A DNA stretch of 29,844 nt from Fibrobacteria bacterium (GCA_043732185.1 JAYTHY010000081.1:1-29844); one strand, 5' to 3'. Shown: positions 1 to 9,383, counted from the stretch's first letter. Notes: generated by a model from the sequence alone, not told the origin. Program-made: numbers and translations.

Positions 1-1992
1 AAAAAAAATATACTCATAACTAGCGGCTTGCTGATTTGGTTGATTGTATCCATAAACTGCTCCAAAGGCAGTAACACCGGGCCATTGGGTGGAACGACCA
101 CGGTACCTACGGTTACAGTAGCCTCGCCGGCTGGCGGTTCGCAAAACGTGACATCCAATACCCAAATTTCGATCACATTCAATACGGCCATGGACACGGC
201 TTCCACCAGGGCAGCCATTTCGTCCTTGCCACCCATTACCGGTGCCTTCACTTGGACAGCCGGGAACACTACTGTAGTTTGGAATCCAAATTTCAACCTC
301 ACGGGAAATACCGCCTATACCGTCAAAGTGGCGGCAACGGCCCATTCCAGTGGAAACCTGGCCATGCTCCGAGATACGGCCTTCACCTTTACTACGGTCC
401 CGGATAGCAGCACTTCCGTTCCCTTGGTTGTCTCTACTGACCCCGCCGACCACTCCATCAATGTCGCCTACAATACCTATGTGACTCTTGTTTTCAACGT
501 ACCCATGAACCCATCCTTGACACAGGCGGCGATTGCTTCTGTCCCGCCTATTGCCGGTACCTTTTCTTGGGATAACGGGGATACCAGGATGACGTGGATT
601 CCGACTTCGGATCTCAAGGATACTACGATGTATACCATCACTCTGACGACTGCGGCCCTTTCCAAAGTTGGAATTGCCTTGGCCGCCAACAAATCCATTA
701 CATTCACTACCGGCCACACAACTCGACCGCCAACCTTGGTCATGGGTTCCGTCCTGCGGAAGGAAGACAGCGGCGCAATCCGCGGGGCCAACGTGGTTTT
801 ATATAATGCCAGCACCAATTCACCCTTGCTGCGTACCACTTCCGGTTACGGGGGCAGTTTTGAATTCAAGGTAGACTCGGGAGATTATTATCTGACCGCC
901 ACCGCCACGGGTAGAATTCCAGCCCCGCCGCCTTGGGGTCGGGCCAGTCCGTTCCATGTGGCTATGGATTCGACTAAGTTGCGAAATATCTACATGCGCA
1001 GAGACAGTTCCGGCGACACCACCGGCGGTATTTCCGGGACCATCCTGATTTCCGGTGGAACCACCAGCGCCGCCGGGATCCTGGTGATCGCCACCCGCAG
1101 CGACTCCACATTTTTCTCCACGACTACGGGTCCGGATGGCTATTATGTTTTCTACAACCTGCCGATCGGAACCTATACCATTAGCGTCTTTCGCAGTGGT
1201 TTGGCGCAAGACAGCTTGAAGGTTACCACTGTGGTGGTGCGGGATAGTGTGATTCCGAATATGTCATTGGGTATGCTGGTGGATCCCGGTCGGAGATTGG
1301 AGGGTAAAATCACGTATCTCGCCAGCAAGAACAGTATTGTTGATATCACCTTGGTAGATCCGGGATCGCGTACCGCCATTCCGGGATTGCGTACATTCAA
1401 TACCTCGGGTCTTAATTATTCACTCGGGGGGATTCCTCCTGGAACCTATATCGCTTGGGCCAGTTATTTGAATGACGGCTATGTGATGGACCCGGACGCC
1501 ATCCGCAAATTTGGTTTGCCCATGGTCACTTTCGCTGCTCATGATTCGCTGAAAAATTTGAGTTTCGATGTCACCGGTGCCATCACTATTCTCAGGCCCA
1601 CCAATCCGCCGGAACGGCTTACACCGGCACCGGTCAAAAGCTTGACTCCCTATTTTGTTTGGGATCAATACTCCTCGGCTAAACAATATATCATAGAGGT
1701 TCTGGATCAAAGCGGCGGACGGATTTGGGGCGGCTGGGACAGTACGGGAAAAATTTTACATGCTCCAATTCTCGCTCACGGAGGAGGATTGGATAGCGTA
1801 CAATTTAATTTTGATGGCTCGGCTCTTGAACCGCTGAAGATGCGCCAAACCTATTCATGGAAGGTGTATGCGGATTTCTACAATCGGAAGGATGTGGGTC
1901 AGCTCATTTCTTCCAGTGAAGATTTGCGAGGACTTTTCATGGCCGGTGTGGATTCGATTCCCGCCATAGACACGATCTATTATGCTCCTTAG
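1..1992 (+). CDS. Putative surface lipoprotein: two Ig-like (Big_5/SbsA-type) repeats followed by carboxypeptidase-regulatory-like beta-sandwich domains; 5'-partial
   Basis: Frame is open from base 1 (KKNILITSGLLIWLIVSIN-C), which looks like a lipoprotein signal with the Met just outside the window. Two repeats of the form P.V...P......V..NT.....FN..M (about 106-396 and 421-711). The C-terminal ~400 aa are paralogous to the next gene. Confidence 0.75.
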   Translation, partial: KKNILITSGLLIWLIVSINCSKGSNTGPLGGTTTVPTVTVASPAGGSQNVTSNTQISITFNTAMDTASTRAAISSLPPITGAFTWTAGNTTVVWNPNFNLTGNTAYTVKVAATAHSSGNLAMLRDTAFTFTTVPDSSTSVPLVVSTDPADHSINVAYNTYVTLVFNVPMNPSLTQAAIASVPPIAGTFSWDNGDTRMTWIPTSDLKDTTMYTITLTTAALSKVGIALAANKSITFTTGHTTRPPTLVMGSVLRKEDSGAIRGANVVLYNASTNSPLLRTTSGYGGSFEFKVDSGDYYLTATATGRIPAPPPWGRASPFHVAMDSTKLRNIYMRRDSSGDTTGGISGTILISGGTTSAAGILVIATRSDSTFFSTTTGPDGYYVFYNLPIGTYTISVFRSGLAQDSLKVTTVVVRDSVIPNMSLGMLVDPGRRLEGKITYLASKNSIVDITLVDPGSRTAIPGLRTFNTSGLNYSLGGIPPGTYIAWASYLNDGYVMDPDAIRKFGLPMVTFAAHDSLKNLSFDVTGAITILRPTNPPERLTPAPVKSLTPYFVWDQYSSAKQYIIEVLDQSGGRIWGGWDSTGKILHAPILAHGGGLDSVQFNFDGSALEPLKMRQTYSWKVYADFYNRKDVGQLISSSEDLRGLFMAGVDSIPAIDTIYYAP

Positions 1993-2038
1993 CTATCTCT
2001 GGAATTCCGGACGGCTGTTTCAAGAATTTAGGAAAACG

Positions 2039-3331
2039 ATGAATAATGCGAGCGCGATCGTGGGAATTTTTGGACTAGCCTGTATAGGTTTATGGGGTTG
2101 TGGAAAAAGCAACGACCCGGAGACGGCGGCAATTATCCAAGGTAAGGTGATGCTACAAGAGGACAGCAGTGGAATATTCGGAGCCAACGTTGTGCTCTAT
2201 GACGCTAAAGCGAATACTCCAATAGCACGTGTACTTACCACGGCACAAGGCACCTATAGCTTCACTACCACCCCGGGAAGTTATTACCTGACTGCTGCGG
2301 CGCAAGGAAGAATACCCTCTCCCCCGCCACATGGCGGTAAACCCTTGCCTTTTCAGGCGGATGTCGGGGGAGCCAATATCCATAATCTTTATTTGGAACC
2401 AGACGGTGGGGCTTCCGGTACTGGAGGAATTACTGGCAACGTAACGCTTGCGGGCACAAATGCATCGGGCGGAATCCTAATCATTGCAACTTCAGCATCC
2501 TCCACCTATTCCACGACTACGGGACCGGACGGAGTGTTTATTTTCTTTAACCTAAATCCCGGGACTTACTCTCTACAGGGATACAAAAGCGGTCTTTCTC
2601 AGGATACAGGTATCGTGCAAGTTACAATTTTGGCGGGTAAAGTTGCTGCACAGGTTCCACTCGGCATGACTTCGAGTGTCGGAAAGATCTTACGAGGGAA
2701 AATCAGCTTTCTCGCTTCACCCAATTCGGTTGTGGATATTACCCTGGTCAATCCACTCACCCGCGATGCCATCCCTGGACTAACCACGCTAAATGATGGC
2801 AGCAATAGTTTCATCCTTACCGGTATCCCCGCCGGAACCTACCTTGCCTGGGCCAGCTTCCACAATGACGGCTATGTAATGGACCCCGATCGAATTCAAA
2901 AATTTGGCCTGCCGGAAATTTCCTTTCTGCCATCCGATACCTCCAAGACTTTGGATTTTGATGTCACGGGTGCTATTACCATCGTAGGCCCAACGGATCC
3001 GGAGGGATTGCTTTATCCAGTTATCGTGTCGGGAATGACACCTACTTTCAAGTGGAATAAATATTCCTCAGCCAAGGAATACATTCTCGAAGTGTTCGAT
3101 GGAAATGGAAAGCGGATATGGGGCGGTTATACCAATTCAGGCCAAATCCGCCATACACAGGTAGTGGAAGATAGTGCCCGTTACAATTTTGACGGGTCCG
3201 CGACCGAACCGTTAAAGGCTGGTGGAATCTATTCCTGGAAAGTCTATGCTGACAAAAGCGCCAACTTAAACATACAGGGTTTAATTTCCTCGAGCGAAGA
3301 TTTAAGAGGCATATTCCAAGTGGCACCTTGA
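2039..3331 (+). CDS. Putative lipoprotein with carboxypeptidase-regulatory-like domains, paralog of the upstream gene
   Basis: ATG at 2039 follows AGGAA; lipobox LWG-C. Shares GANVVLY, TTTGPDG, NDGYVMDPD, FDVTGAITI and LISSSEDLRG with the upstream gene. Confidence 0.75.
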   Translation: MNNASAIVGIFGLACIGLWGCGKSNDPETAAIIQGKVMLQEDSSGIFGANVVLYDAKANTPIARVLTTAQGTYSFTTTPGSYYLTAAAQGRIPSPPPHGGKPLPFQADVGGANIHNLYLEPDGGASGTGGITGNVTLAGTNASGGILIIATSASSTYSTTTGPDGVFIFFNLNPGTYSLQGYKSGLSQDTGIVQVTILAGKVAAQVPLGMTSSVGKILRGKISFLASPNSVVDITLVNPLTRDAIPGLTTLNDGSNSFILTGIPAGTYLAWASFHNDGYVMDPDRIQKFGLPEISFLPSDTSKTLDFDVTGAITIVGPTDPEGLLYPVIVSGMTPTFKWNKYSSAKEYILEVFDGNGKRIWGGYTNSGQIRHTQVVEDSARYNFDGSATEPLKAGGIYSWKVYADKSANLNIQGLISSSEDLRGIFQVAP

Positions 3332-3357
3332 TTGGTCCATTTGAAATGTCTAGAGGT

Positions 3358-3505
3358 GCTCATCCTGGTCGGATCACCGGTTTGTTTCCAAACCGATAGC
3401 AGACTTTGGCACGGCACACAGACTTGATGCCTACCGTTGCTACTTTCGTCCTGGCGGGGTTCAGCTCGCCGCTGTTGCGTGAGGTCTGCACCTTCCAAGA
3501 TGAGC
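3358..3505 (-). ncRNA. ffs: Signal recognition particle RNA (atypical, ~148 nt)
   Basis: Minus strand reads GAACCCCGCCAGG-AC-GAAA-GU-AGCAACGGUAG (helix 8 CAGG/AGCA loop) and contains the distal GUGUGCCG motif. The termini GCUCAUCUUGG/CCAGGAUGAGC form an 11-bp helix. It lies directly downstream of tadA, as scr does in Bacillus. Confidence 0.93.
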
Positions 3506-3512
3506 GAAAAAC

Positions 3513-3540
3513 AATTTAGAAAAATTGGACAGAGTGCAAA
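3513..3540 (-). promoter_or_regulatory. Candidate sigma70-type promoter of SRP RNA
   Basis: TTTGCA-N16-TAAATT, with 7 nt between the -10 box and the predicted 5' end of the RNA. Confidence 0.4.
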
Positions 3541-3549
3541 ATTCTGTTT

Positions 3550-4044
3550 TCAATCGATTTCAGGAGGATCCTTAACCTTGGCGGACCGTCGCAATTCCTT
3601 GAAAAAGTCCTGAATGATGCCCAGGCATTCCTCCGCCAGCACGCCTCCCTTGACTTCAATTTCGCGGTTGAGGGGATTAGCAGCCAGAATATCATAGGTG
3701 GATCCAAGAGCTCCCAGGCGTTTGTCCCTGGAACCATATACCACTTTGGCAATGCGCGCATTCAAAATGCCACCCGCACACATGGGACAGGGTTCTAAAG
3801 TGGCGTATAAAGTACAACCCTCCAAGCGCCAGTTCTGTAGCGCTCCGCTGGCGGCACCCATGGCCAAGATTTCCGCATGGGCAGTTGGATCCTTCAGCGT
3901 CTCCATGTGGTTGCGCCCCCGCCCAATAATCTTGCCATCCTTGACAATTACGCAGCCAATGGGGACTTCACCGGCTTGAAAAGCGCCATGCGCCTCACGT
4001 AGGGCTTGGCGCATAAAATATTCATCATTCGGGGGTTCTAGCAT
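3550..4044 (-). CDS. tadA: tRNA adenosine(34) deaminase
   Basis: GEVPIG, DPTAHAEI, NWRL and TLEPCPMC zinc-deaminase motifs. Confidence 0.93.
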   Translation of the reverse strand: MLEPPNDEYFMRQALREAHGAFQAGEVPIGCVIVKDGKIIGRGRNHMETLKDPTAHAEILAMGAASGALQNWRLEGCTLYATLEPCPMCAGGILNARIAKVVYGSRDKRLGALGSTYDILAANPLNREIEVKGGVLAEECLGIIQDFFKELRRSAKVKDPPEID

Positions 4045-4085
4045 TTTGGCTTGGAAAAATAGTGTTTTCGAGGAATATGCAGGAC

Positions 4086-5891
4086 CTAGTTGTAAAAAAT
4101 AAGGCGGTTGCGCCCAGTTTCCTTGGCTCGATAAAGTGCCTTATCCGCCTTTTCCAAAAGTTCTTGTCCGTGGCGGGAATCCGTTGGGTACATGGCTCCG
4201 CCAATGCTCATGGTTACCTGAAACCGAGTGGACCCAGTTTCAAAGACTTTGGCAGCGATGCTTTCTCGAATGCGTTCAGCGGTTTCACAGGCCTGGGTTT
4301 TATCCGTGTCGGCAAACATGCAGATAAACTCTTCACCACCATAACGCGCCATGAGATCGGTGCCGGCACGAATATTCAATGTGATAAGTTTGGCGACTTC
4401 TTTAAGCACTTGATCACCTACGGGATGCCCGTAAGAGTCATTCACTTTTTTAAAGAAATCGATATCCATCATGAGCACGGCAAATTGATGTTCGTAGCGC
4501 TGGGCGCGTAAAATTTCATTGAGAAAGCGTTCTTGAAAAGTACGATGGTTTTCCACCCCGGTTAGCCCATCTCGGCTGGCGAGCTGTTCTTTTTCCTGGT
4601 ACAGCCGGGCACGGGAAAGGGCGAACCCGGCTGCACGGGAAATGTTCGTGAGCAGGTTTTGATGGTGTTCGGAAAACCGTCGCGGACGAATGGATTCAAC
4701 GACCAAAGCCATGTCTACACCTTGATCGGTGGGGACCGGAACCGCCAGCAAACTGGACATGCGCGAATGCGGTTTTTCCTTGGGAGTAAAACGCGGAACA
4801 TGTGGACCGAGTGGGAAGGTTCGATTAACGACCTGCTCCTTTTCAAAAACTATGGAAACGATGCCCTTGTCCTCTAAGGAAAACTCCAACCCTTGCAAGT
4901 CTTTTTCACCCTCGCCGATACAGCTGGTAATACGAAGGGCTGTTCCATTATGGACGAGTCGCTCCACTACCAAAAACCGATCCCCTTCCAAGCATTCGGC
5001 CATATAATTTTGCACATGGGTAACGATATTCTCGATAGACATGTTTTCCAGGAATTTTCGTTGATAATTGCTCAGAGCAGAAAGCTGCTCTTTATGTGAG
5101 GCGTGTTCAAAGGCCATATACGCCTGGTAGGCAAGTTGACCCACCAGATTGGCCAAACCTTCTAAGCGTTCCAAGGCTTGGTTATCGAATGCGTTTCTAC
5201 CCAAACTGTCGACAATGACCGCACCACGACGCACGCCCTTAACAATGATGGGTACGCCAACCAGCGAATGCACACCCTCTTCACTGGCTAAATAATAGTG
5301 CAGAAGCGTTGAATCCTCGGTAATATCCCCTTCTAAAACTCGGCGGATATTTTCCTTGAGAAGTTGGCCCACCAAGCCCTGGTTGCTTTGAATCTGGGCT
5401 CCGGGAATAATGGACTCACTGTCGGTAATCCAAGCTCGAAGATAAAGGCCCTCACTTTTACCTGGAAAGAGCACTGCGTAGGTGTGTCCTCCTGGCAAAG
5501 CATGTTTCAATAAGGTGAGACCGTCAAAAATCCCAGCATCAATTCCATCTTCAACTTCCTGTAGCGCCTGCTTACGCAGCTCACGTGCCTGGGCTTCGTT
5601 GCCGGCCAGGCCAATATCGCCTTTTAGGAAAGCACGGGTAGTGTCGTGTCTAAGCTCTTCAGTGGATGGTTCTAAGGGAAGTATTTTTGCAGTCGGGGCG
5701 TTGGTTCGCGGTCCTGGTCCCGTTCCCGGTCCTGGTTTCGTTTTCGCTTTTGTTTTTGATTCAGGGCGGCTTCGACCTGTCCAAGCTAAAAACACGCATA
5801 CCGGCGCGACTAAGAAGGCAGCACGCCAAGTACCGCCCAGCATACCCACTCCAGAGAATAACCCGGCTAGAAAATACCAGAATGCCTTCAT
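4086..5891 (-). CDS. Membrane-anchored GAF-GAF-GGDEF diguanylate cyclase
   Basis: Start reassigned to the ATG at 5891, which overlaps the lptG stop (ATGA). N-terminal hydrophobic segments, two GAF-like regions (SLVGVPII, SLLAVPV), and DGLTG, DIDFFKKVNDSYGHPVGD, RYGGEEF, ADKALYRAKETGRN. Confidence 0.92.
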   Translation of the reverse strand: MKAFWYFLAGLFSGVGMLGGTWRAAFLVAPVCVFLAWTGRSRPESKTKAKTKPGPGTGPGPRTNAPTAKILPLEPSTEELRHDTTRAFLKGDIGLAGNEAQARELRKQALQEVEDGIDAGIFDGLTLLKHALPGGHTYAVLFPGKSEGLYLRAWITDSESIIPGAQIQSNQGLVGQLLKENIRRVLEGDITEDSTLLHYYLASEEGVHSLVGVPIIVKGVRRGAVIVDSLGRNAFDNQALERLEGLANLVGQLAYQAYMAFEHASHKEQLSALSNYQRKFLENMSIENIVTHVQNYMAECLEGDRFLVVERLVHNGTALRITSCIGEGEKDLQGLEFSLEDKGIVSIVFEKEQVVNRTFPLGPHVPRFTPKEKPHSRMSSLLAVPVPTDQGVDMALVVESIRPRRFSEHHQNLLTNISRAAGFALSRARLYQEKEQLASRDGLTGVENHRTFQERFLNEILRAQRYEHQFAVLMMDIDFFKKVNDSYGHPVGDQVLKEVAKLITLNIRAGTDLMARYGGEEFICMFADTDKTQACETAERIRESIAAKVFETGSTRFQVTMSIGGAMYPTDSRHGQELLEKADKALYRAKETGRNRLIFYN

Positions 5892-6970
5892 GCCCTGGCA
5901 GCTTTCCATAAAAGCAATAAACCAAGTGGAGCGAAAATAAAATTTCCCAACCATGCGCCGACGAGTGGTGAAAGGCTGCCATTTTGGCCCATCACCAGAC
6001 CCAATCGCAGCGCCACATAATACAGAAAAGTTATGCCAAGAGCGAGGCCAAAATTTCGAGCCAAACCAGTTTTGATGGTGTGCACGGACATAGACGTTCC
6101 AATTAGGGTCATGAACAAATTGACCAAACAACTAGAAAATCGGAAATGACGTTCGGTTTCAAGTTGTGTAGACGATTCTCCCGAACGCTGTAATATGGCA
6201 ATGCGCCGATCGAGTTCAGGAATCCCCATCTCTTCCGGGTACGTACGGTCGTTCAGAAGATCCTTCGGTACATCCTTAAATTCCGGAAAGGCACGTTTTT
6301 GGAAAGACTTGGCTACCAGTGTACCGCCAGTGAATACCCTGCTGGTTCCATTTTCCAAGGTCCAGCCACTGTCTTTTCCCCATGCCAAAGACTTGGCATC
6401 GATACGCATTTTTAATGGTCCTTTTTTGGGTTGGGAAATTACCGTTACACCTTGTCCCATATTACGCCGACCTGAATAAAAATCGAAATACAAAATCATT
6501 CCATCCGATGATGTATACAAGTAATTGAACTTTTCCATGGGATCGCCCGGCATATCCCCGTCCGTGGATTTTGGAACATTTACAGTATAGCGACGATGAT
6601 TTGCATCGGGAAGTACCGAATTTTCAAACCACAACATTAGACCGCTGGCTAAAAGTCCAATCATCAAAATGGGGGCCAAAATACGGGTTATGGGAATACC
6701 AGCCGCTCGTAAAGCAACCAGTTCCAAATGTCGTGACATATTCCCCACGGAAAAAACAGAGGCCAGCAAAAGGGCAATCGGCAGCACCAGGTAAATAATA
6801 TGCGGTAGATAATCGAGGTAATACCGGTACACATCCTTAGGGTTTCTGGTCAGCCATATTTTGGTATTGCCAACAAAATCGACCACTAGATATATCACGA
6901 CCGACACGAAAAGAGTTATGAAAAGCAAAGCAAAAAAACCGACTAGCACATGTCGGATATAAATCTTCAT
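5888..6970 (-). CDS. lptG: LPS export ABC transporter permease, LptG-like
   Basis: 3 TM + periplasmic beta domain + 3 TM layout; ELVALRAAGI coupling helix and AWLGN motif; second of an LptF/G pair. Confidence 0.85.
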   Translation of the reverse strand: MKIYIRHVLVGFFALLFITLFVSVVIYLVVDFVGNTKIWLTRNPKDVYRYYLDYLPHIIYLVLPIALLLASVFSVGNMSRHLELVALRAAGIPITRILAPILMIGLLASGLMLWFENSVLPDANHRRYTVNVPKSTDGDMPGDPMEKFNYLYTSSDGMILYFDFYSGRRNMGQGVTVISQPKKGPLKMRIDAKSLAWGKDSGWTLENGTSRVFTGGTLVAKSFQKRAFPEFKDVPKDLLNDRTYPEEMGIPELDRRIAILQRSGESSTQLETERHFRFSSCLVNLFMTLIGTSMSVHTIKTGLARNFGLALGITFLYYVALRLGLVMGQNGSLSPLVGAWLGNFIFAPLGLLLLWKAARA

Positions 6971-8364
6971 TTTCCGGATCGCTTCGACCTGAAGAGTCGG
7001 GAAAATTTTTGCGGAAGCGAAACAGTATTCAAATAATTTTCTCTGGCCATGCGCAATACCAGGAATAAACCACCCAATCCCACCAAAATATTAGGACCCC
7101 ACATGGCCACCCATGGTTGCATGGCCAACCGGTCTGCCATGGCTTCACCGCGGATCATGCCGACCCAGTACAGCAGGAAAAATGCCATACTATAAATAAC
7201 ACCTGTACCGATACCGCCCCTTTTGGCCATTATACCTAAAGGCGCACCGATAAAGACAAAAACCAGACAGGCTATCGGAATAGAAAACTTCTTATGGATC
7301 TCAACCATGAATTGACCAATTTCCTTCTGTTCATTTTCCTCCCGTCTTTCATAGCGTTCGATCAAATACATCTTATCCTTTTCCTGTCGCTTGACTTCCG
7401 CATAGGACAGAGCGCTTAAGGGGTTTTCCACCCACCAGGATTCCTGTAATAAACGGGGTGGAACTGTCTTTACTGAATCAGCCGTGAGGACAATGTCCAT
7501 TGCGTGCATTTCATCGAAAATCTTCTCATGATATTCCTCTCGCAGGGATTTAAGCCGGTCCTGACTGGCCTTAACTATCCCATACATGTCCTGAATCCGC
7601 ATTTCCCTATCCGTGCGATACGAGCGCGGGTGGCGTTCCAAAGTCGCGTCTACATTGTCGATGGCCACATCCTGAGAGCGAAACCGGACACGAACATAAT
7701 TGGCTGGTTCCTTGGGATCCACAAAATGATTTTCGCCGCTCAACATATGGATGACAATGCTTTTTCCCCCATTGGCATATTCCATACTGGCGGAATCGGC
7801 ATAGGTATATTTGATTGGCTTTCCAGGTTCGATACTGTAAATGCGTACTCCAGCCAACATCCCGCTGCTCTGATCCAGCCTGTCGATCCAAATCAAATAA
7901 CTTTCAAAATCTCGGATGAGCGTGCGTGGGGAAATTAATGCCGTTGGTTTTTTGCGTCCAATGTCGTTACGCAGGGCCGCGGCCCTGAAATTTGCATCGG
8001 GCAGAATGTCGTTGTTGAAATAGATAAGCCCTACGCTGAGTAGAATGGCCACCACCATAACTGGGAACATGGCCTTGAGTGGCGAAATACCCAGTGATTT
8101 CATAGCCGTGACTTCGTTGTCGGAGGAAAATCTGCCAAAGGCCATCAATGTGGCCACGAGTACTGCCATGGGAATGGACAGAGCCAGCATCCAGGCCATG
8201 TTCAGCACGATGATTTCAATCACCACCTGCCAGCCTAACCCCTTGGAAAGAATGGAGGTAAGAATGCGAATCAAAAAGTCGATTAGAAAAAGGAAAGTGA
8301 TGACAAACAAAGCGTAGAAGAAAGGGGCAATATGCTCCTTTAGGATATACCTTGCGAGGATCAT
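6967..8364 (-). CDS. lptF: LPS export ABC transporter permease, LptF-like (with helical insertion)
   Basis: LARYILKE start; LSIPMAVLVATLMAFGRFSSDNEVTAMKSLGIS; EIHKKFSIPIAC; GAPLG; MWGPN. Confidence 0.88.
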   Translation of the reverse strand: MILARYILKEHIAPFFYALFVITFLFLIDFLIRILTSILSKGLGWQVVIEIIVLNMAWMLALSIPMAVLVATLMAFGRFSSDNEVTAMKSLGISPLKAMFPVMVVAILLSVGLIYFNNDILPDANFRAAALRNDIGRKKPTALISPRTLIRDFESYLIWIDRLDQSSGMLAGVRIYSIEPGKPIKYTYADSASMEYANGGKSIVIHMLSGENHFVDPKEPANYVRVRFRSQDVAIDNVDATLERHPRSYRTDREMRIQDMYGIVKASQDRLKSLREEYHEKIFDEMHAMDIVLTADSVKTVPPRLLQESWWVENPLSALSYAEVKRQEKDKMYLIERYERREENEQKEIGQFMVEIHKKFSIPIACLVFVFIGAPLGIMAKRGGIGTGVIYSMAFFLLYWVGMIRGEAMADRLAMQPWVAMWGPNILVGLGGLFLVLRMARENYLNTVSLPQKFSRLFRSKRSGK

Positions 8365-8416
8365 CAATGTTGAATATACTACATCATAAAGTAAGTAAAC
8401 AGGATTGTGTCATAAC

Positions 8417-9370
8417 ATGATGAATAGACAACCGATATCGGCGAAATCGGGCGCCAGCAGGCTCCTGAATTTGATTCTGCAACTTTTGCCCATATCACCC
8501 CTGATCCTAATTTGGCTACTTACCGGCTGCGCGACTGTTCCAAAGGTCAAGTCCAGCGACCCTTCCCTACCTGAAATCGATGTCCTCCAACTCAAGGAAA
8601 ATTCCGATGAGGCTTTAAAACTGGCTCAGGAGAATAAATTGGATTTGCAAAGCTTGGGAAGTAAGGTGCATGAGCTAGAAAACCAGATGTCGGCGCTGGG
8701 TGAAGAAATGGCCAATATGCCCGCGGCGAAACTGGATGAACTGACCCATCAGATGACGATGATGACCACCCAGTTGCGAAATCTGGAAGATCGAATCTCC
8801 AAAATGGCGGCCCCTATATCCGTAAAAAAGGAATTGGCGACTTTTTCACCTACGTCTTTGGATTCCAGCAAAAAGGCTGCAACTCCGACCAAGCCGGTAA
8901 AATCGGATTCACTCGTGACGACTGACAAACCTGGCGCTAAACCAGCTGTAAAATCAATTCCCACACCCCCGGCCCAGCCCCGCAAACCGCCCGCCAGTGA
9001 CGTTGAAGCATTGCTCTATAAAAAAGCCTTTGACCTATACTACGGCCGTGATTATGCTCAGTCCATTATCAAATTTGAAGAATTGTTGCAAAAGTTTCCC
9101 GCCAGCACGTATGCGGACAACTGTTTCTACTGGATGGGCGAATGCCAATTTGCGCTTGGCAATTTTGCCAAAGCCATCACCGCGTTCCGAAAAGTCTTTA
9201 CCTTCAAAGAAACGGAAAAAGCAGACGATGCCCAATTAAAGCTGGGCTATTGTTACCTGCGCCTGGGCGAGCGCAAGGTAGCGACTGAGGAGTTTAAAAA
9301 AATTGTATCTTTATACCCCGAAAGTGAATACACCGAACGTGCTAAGGAAGAATTAGCCAAACTGGAATGA
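8417..9370 (+). CDS. cpoB: Tol-Pal-associated TPR protein CpoB/YbgF-like (lipoprotein)
   Basis: LLTG-C lipobox, N-terminal coiled coil, P/K-rich linker, C-terminal TPRs (YADNCFYWMGEC, KADDAQLKLG). Exact start uncertain. Confidence 0.8.
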   Translation: MMNRQPISAKSGASRLLNLILQLLPISPLILIWLLTGCATVPKVKSSDPSLPEIDVLQLKENSDEALKLAQENKLDLQSLGSKVHELENQMSALGEEMANMPAAKLDELTHQMTMMTTQLRNLEDRISKMAAPISVKKELATFSPTSLDSSKKAATPTKPVKSDSLVTTDKPGAKPAVKSIPTPPAQPRKPPASDVEALLYKKAFDLYYGRDYAQSIIKFEELLQKFPASTYADNCFYWMGECQFALGNFAKAITAFRKVFTFKETEKADDAQLKLGYCYLRLGERKVATEEFKKIVSLYPESEYTERAKEELAKLE

Positions 9371-9383
9371 AATCGGGACCCTA

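Noticed and set aside
3244..3498. 84-aa minus-strand ORF
   Set aside because: Coincides with the SRP RNA and has no protein features
4062..4511. 149-aa plus-strand ORF
   Set aside because: Antisense shadow of the GGDEF domain
5700..5765. KTKAKTKPGPGTGPGP low-complexity stretch
   Set aside because: Ordinary flexible linker, not a DNA repeat element
5892..6131. 80-aa N-terminal extension of the diguanylate cyclase
   Set aside because: Overlaps lptG; the ATGA-coupled start at 5891 gives a sensible membrane anchor
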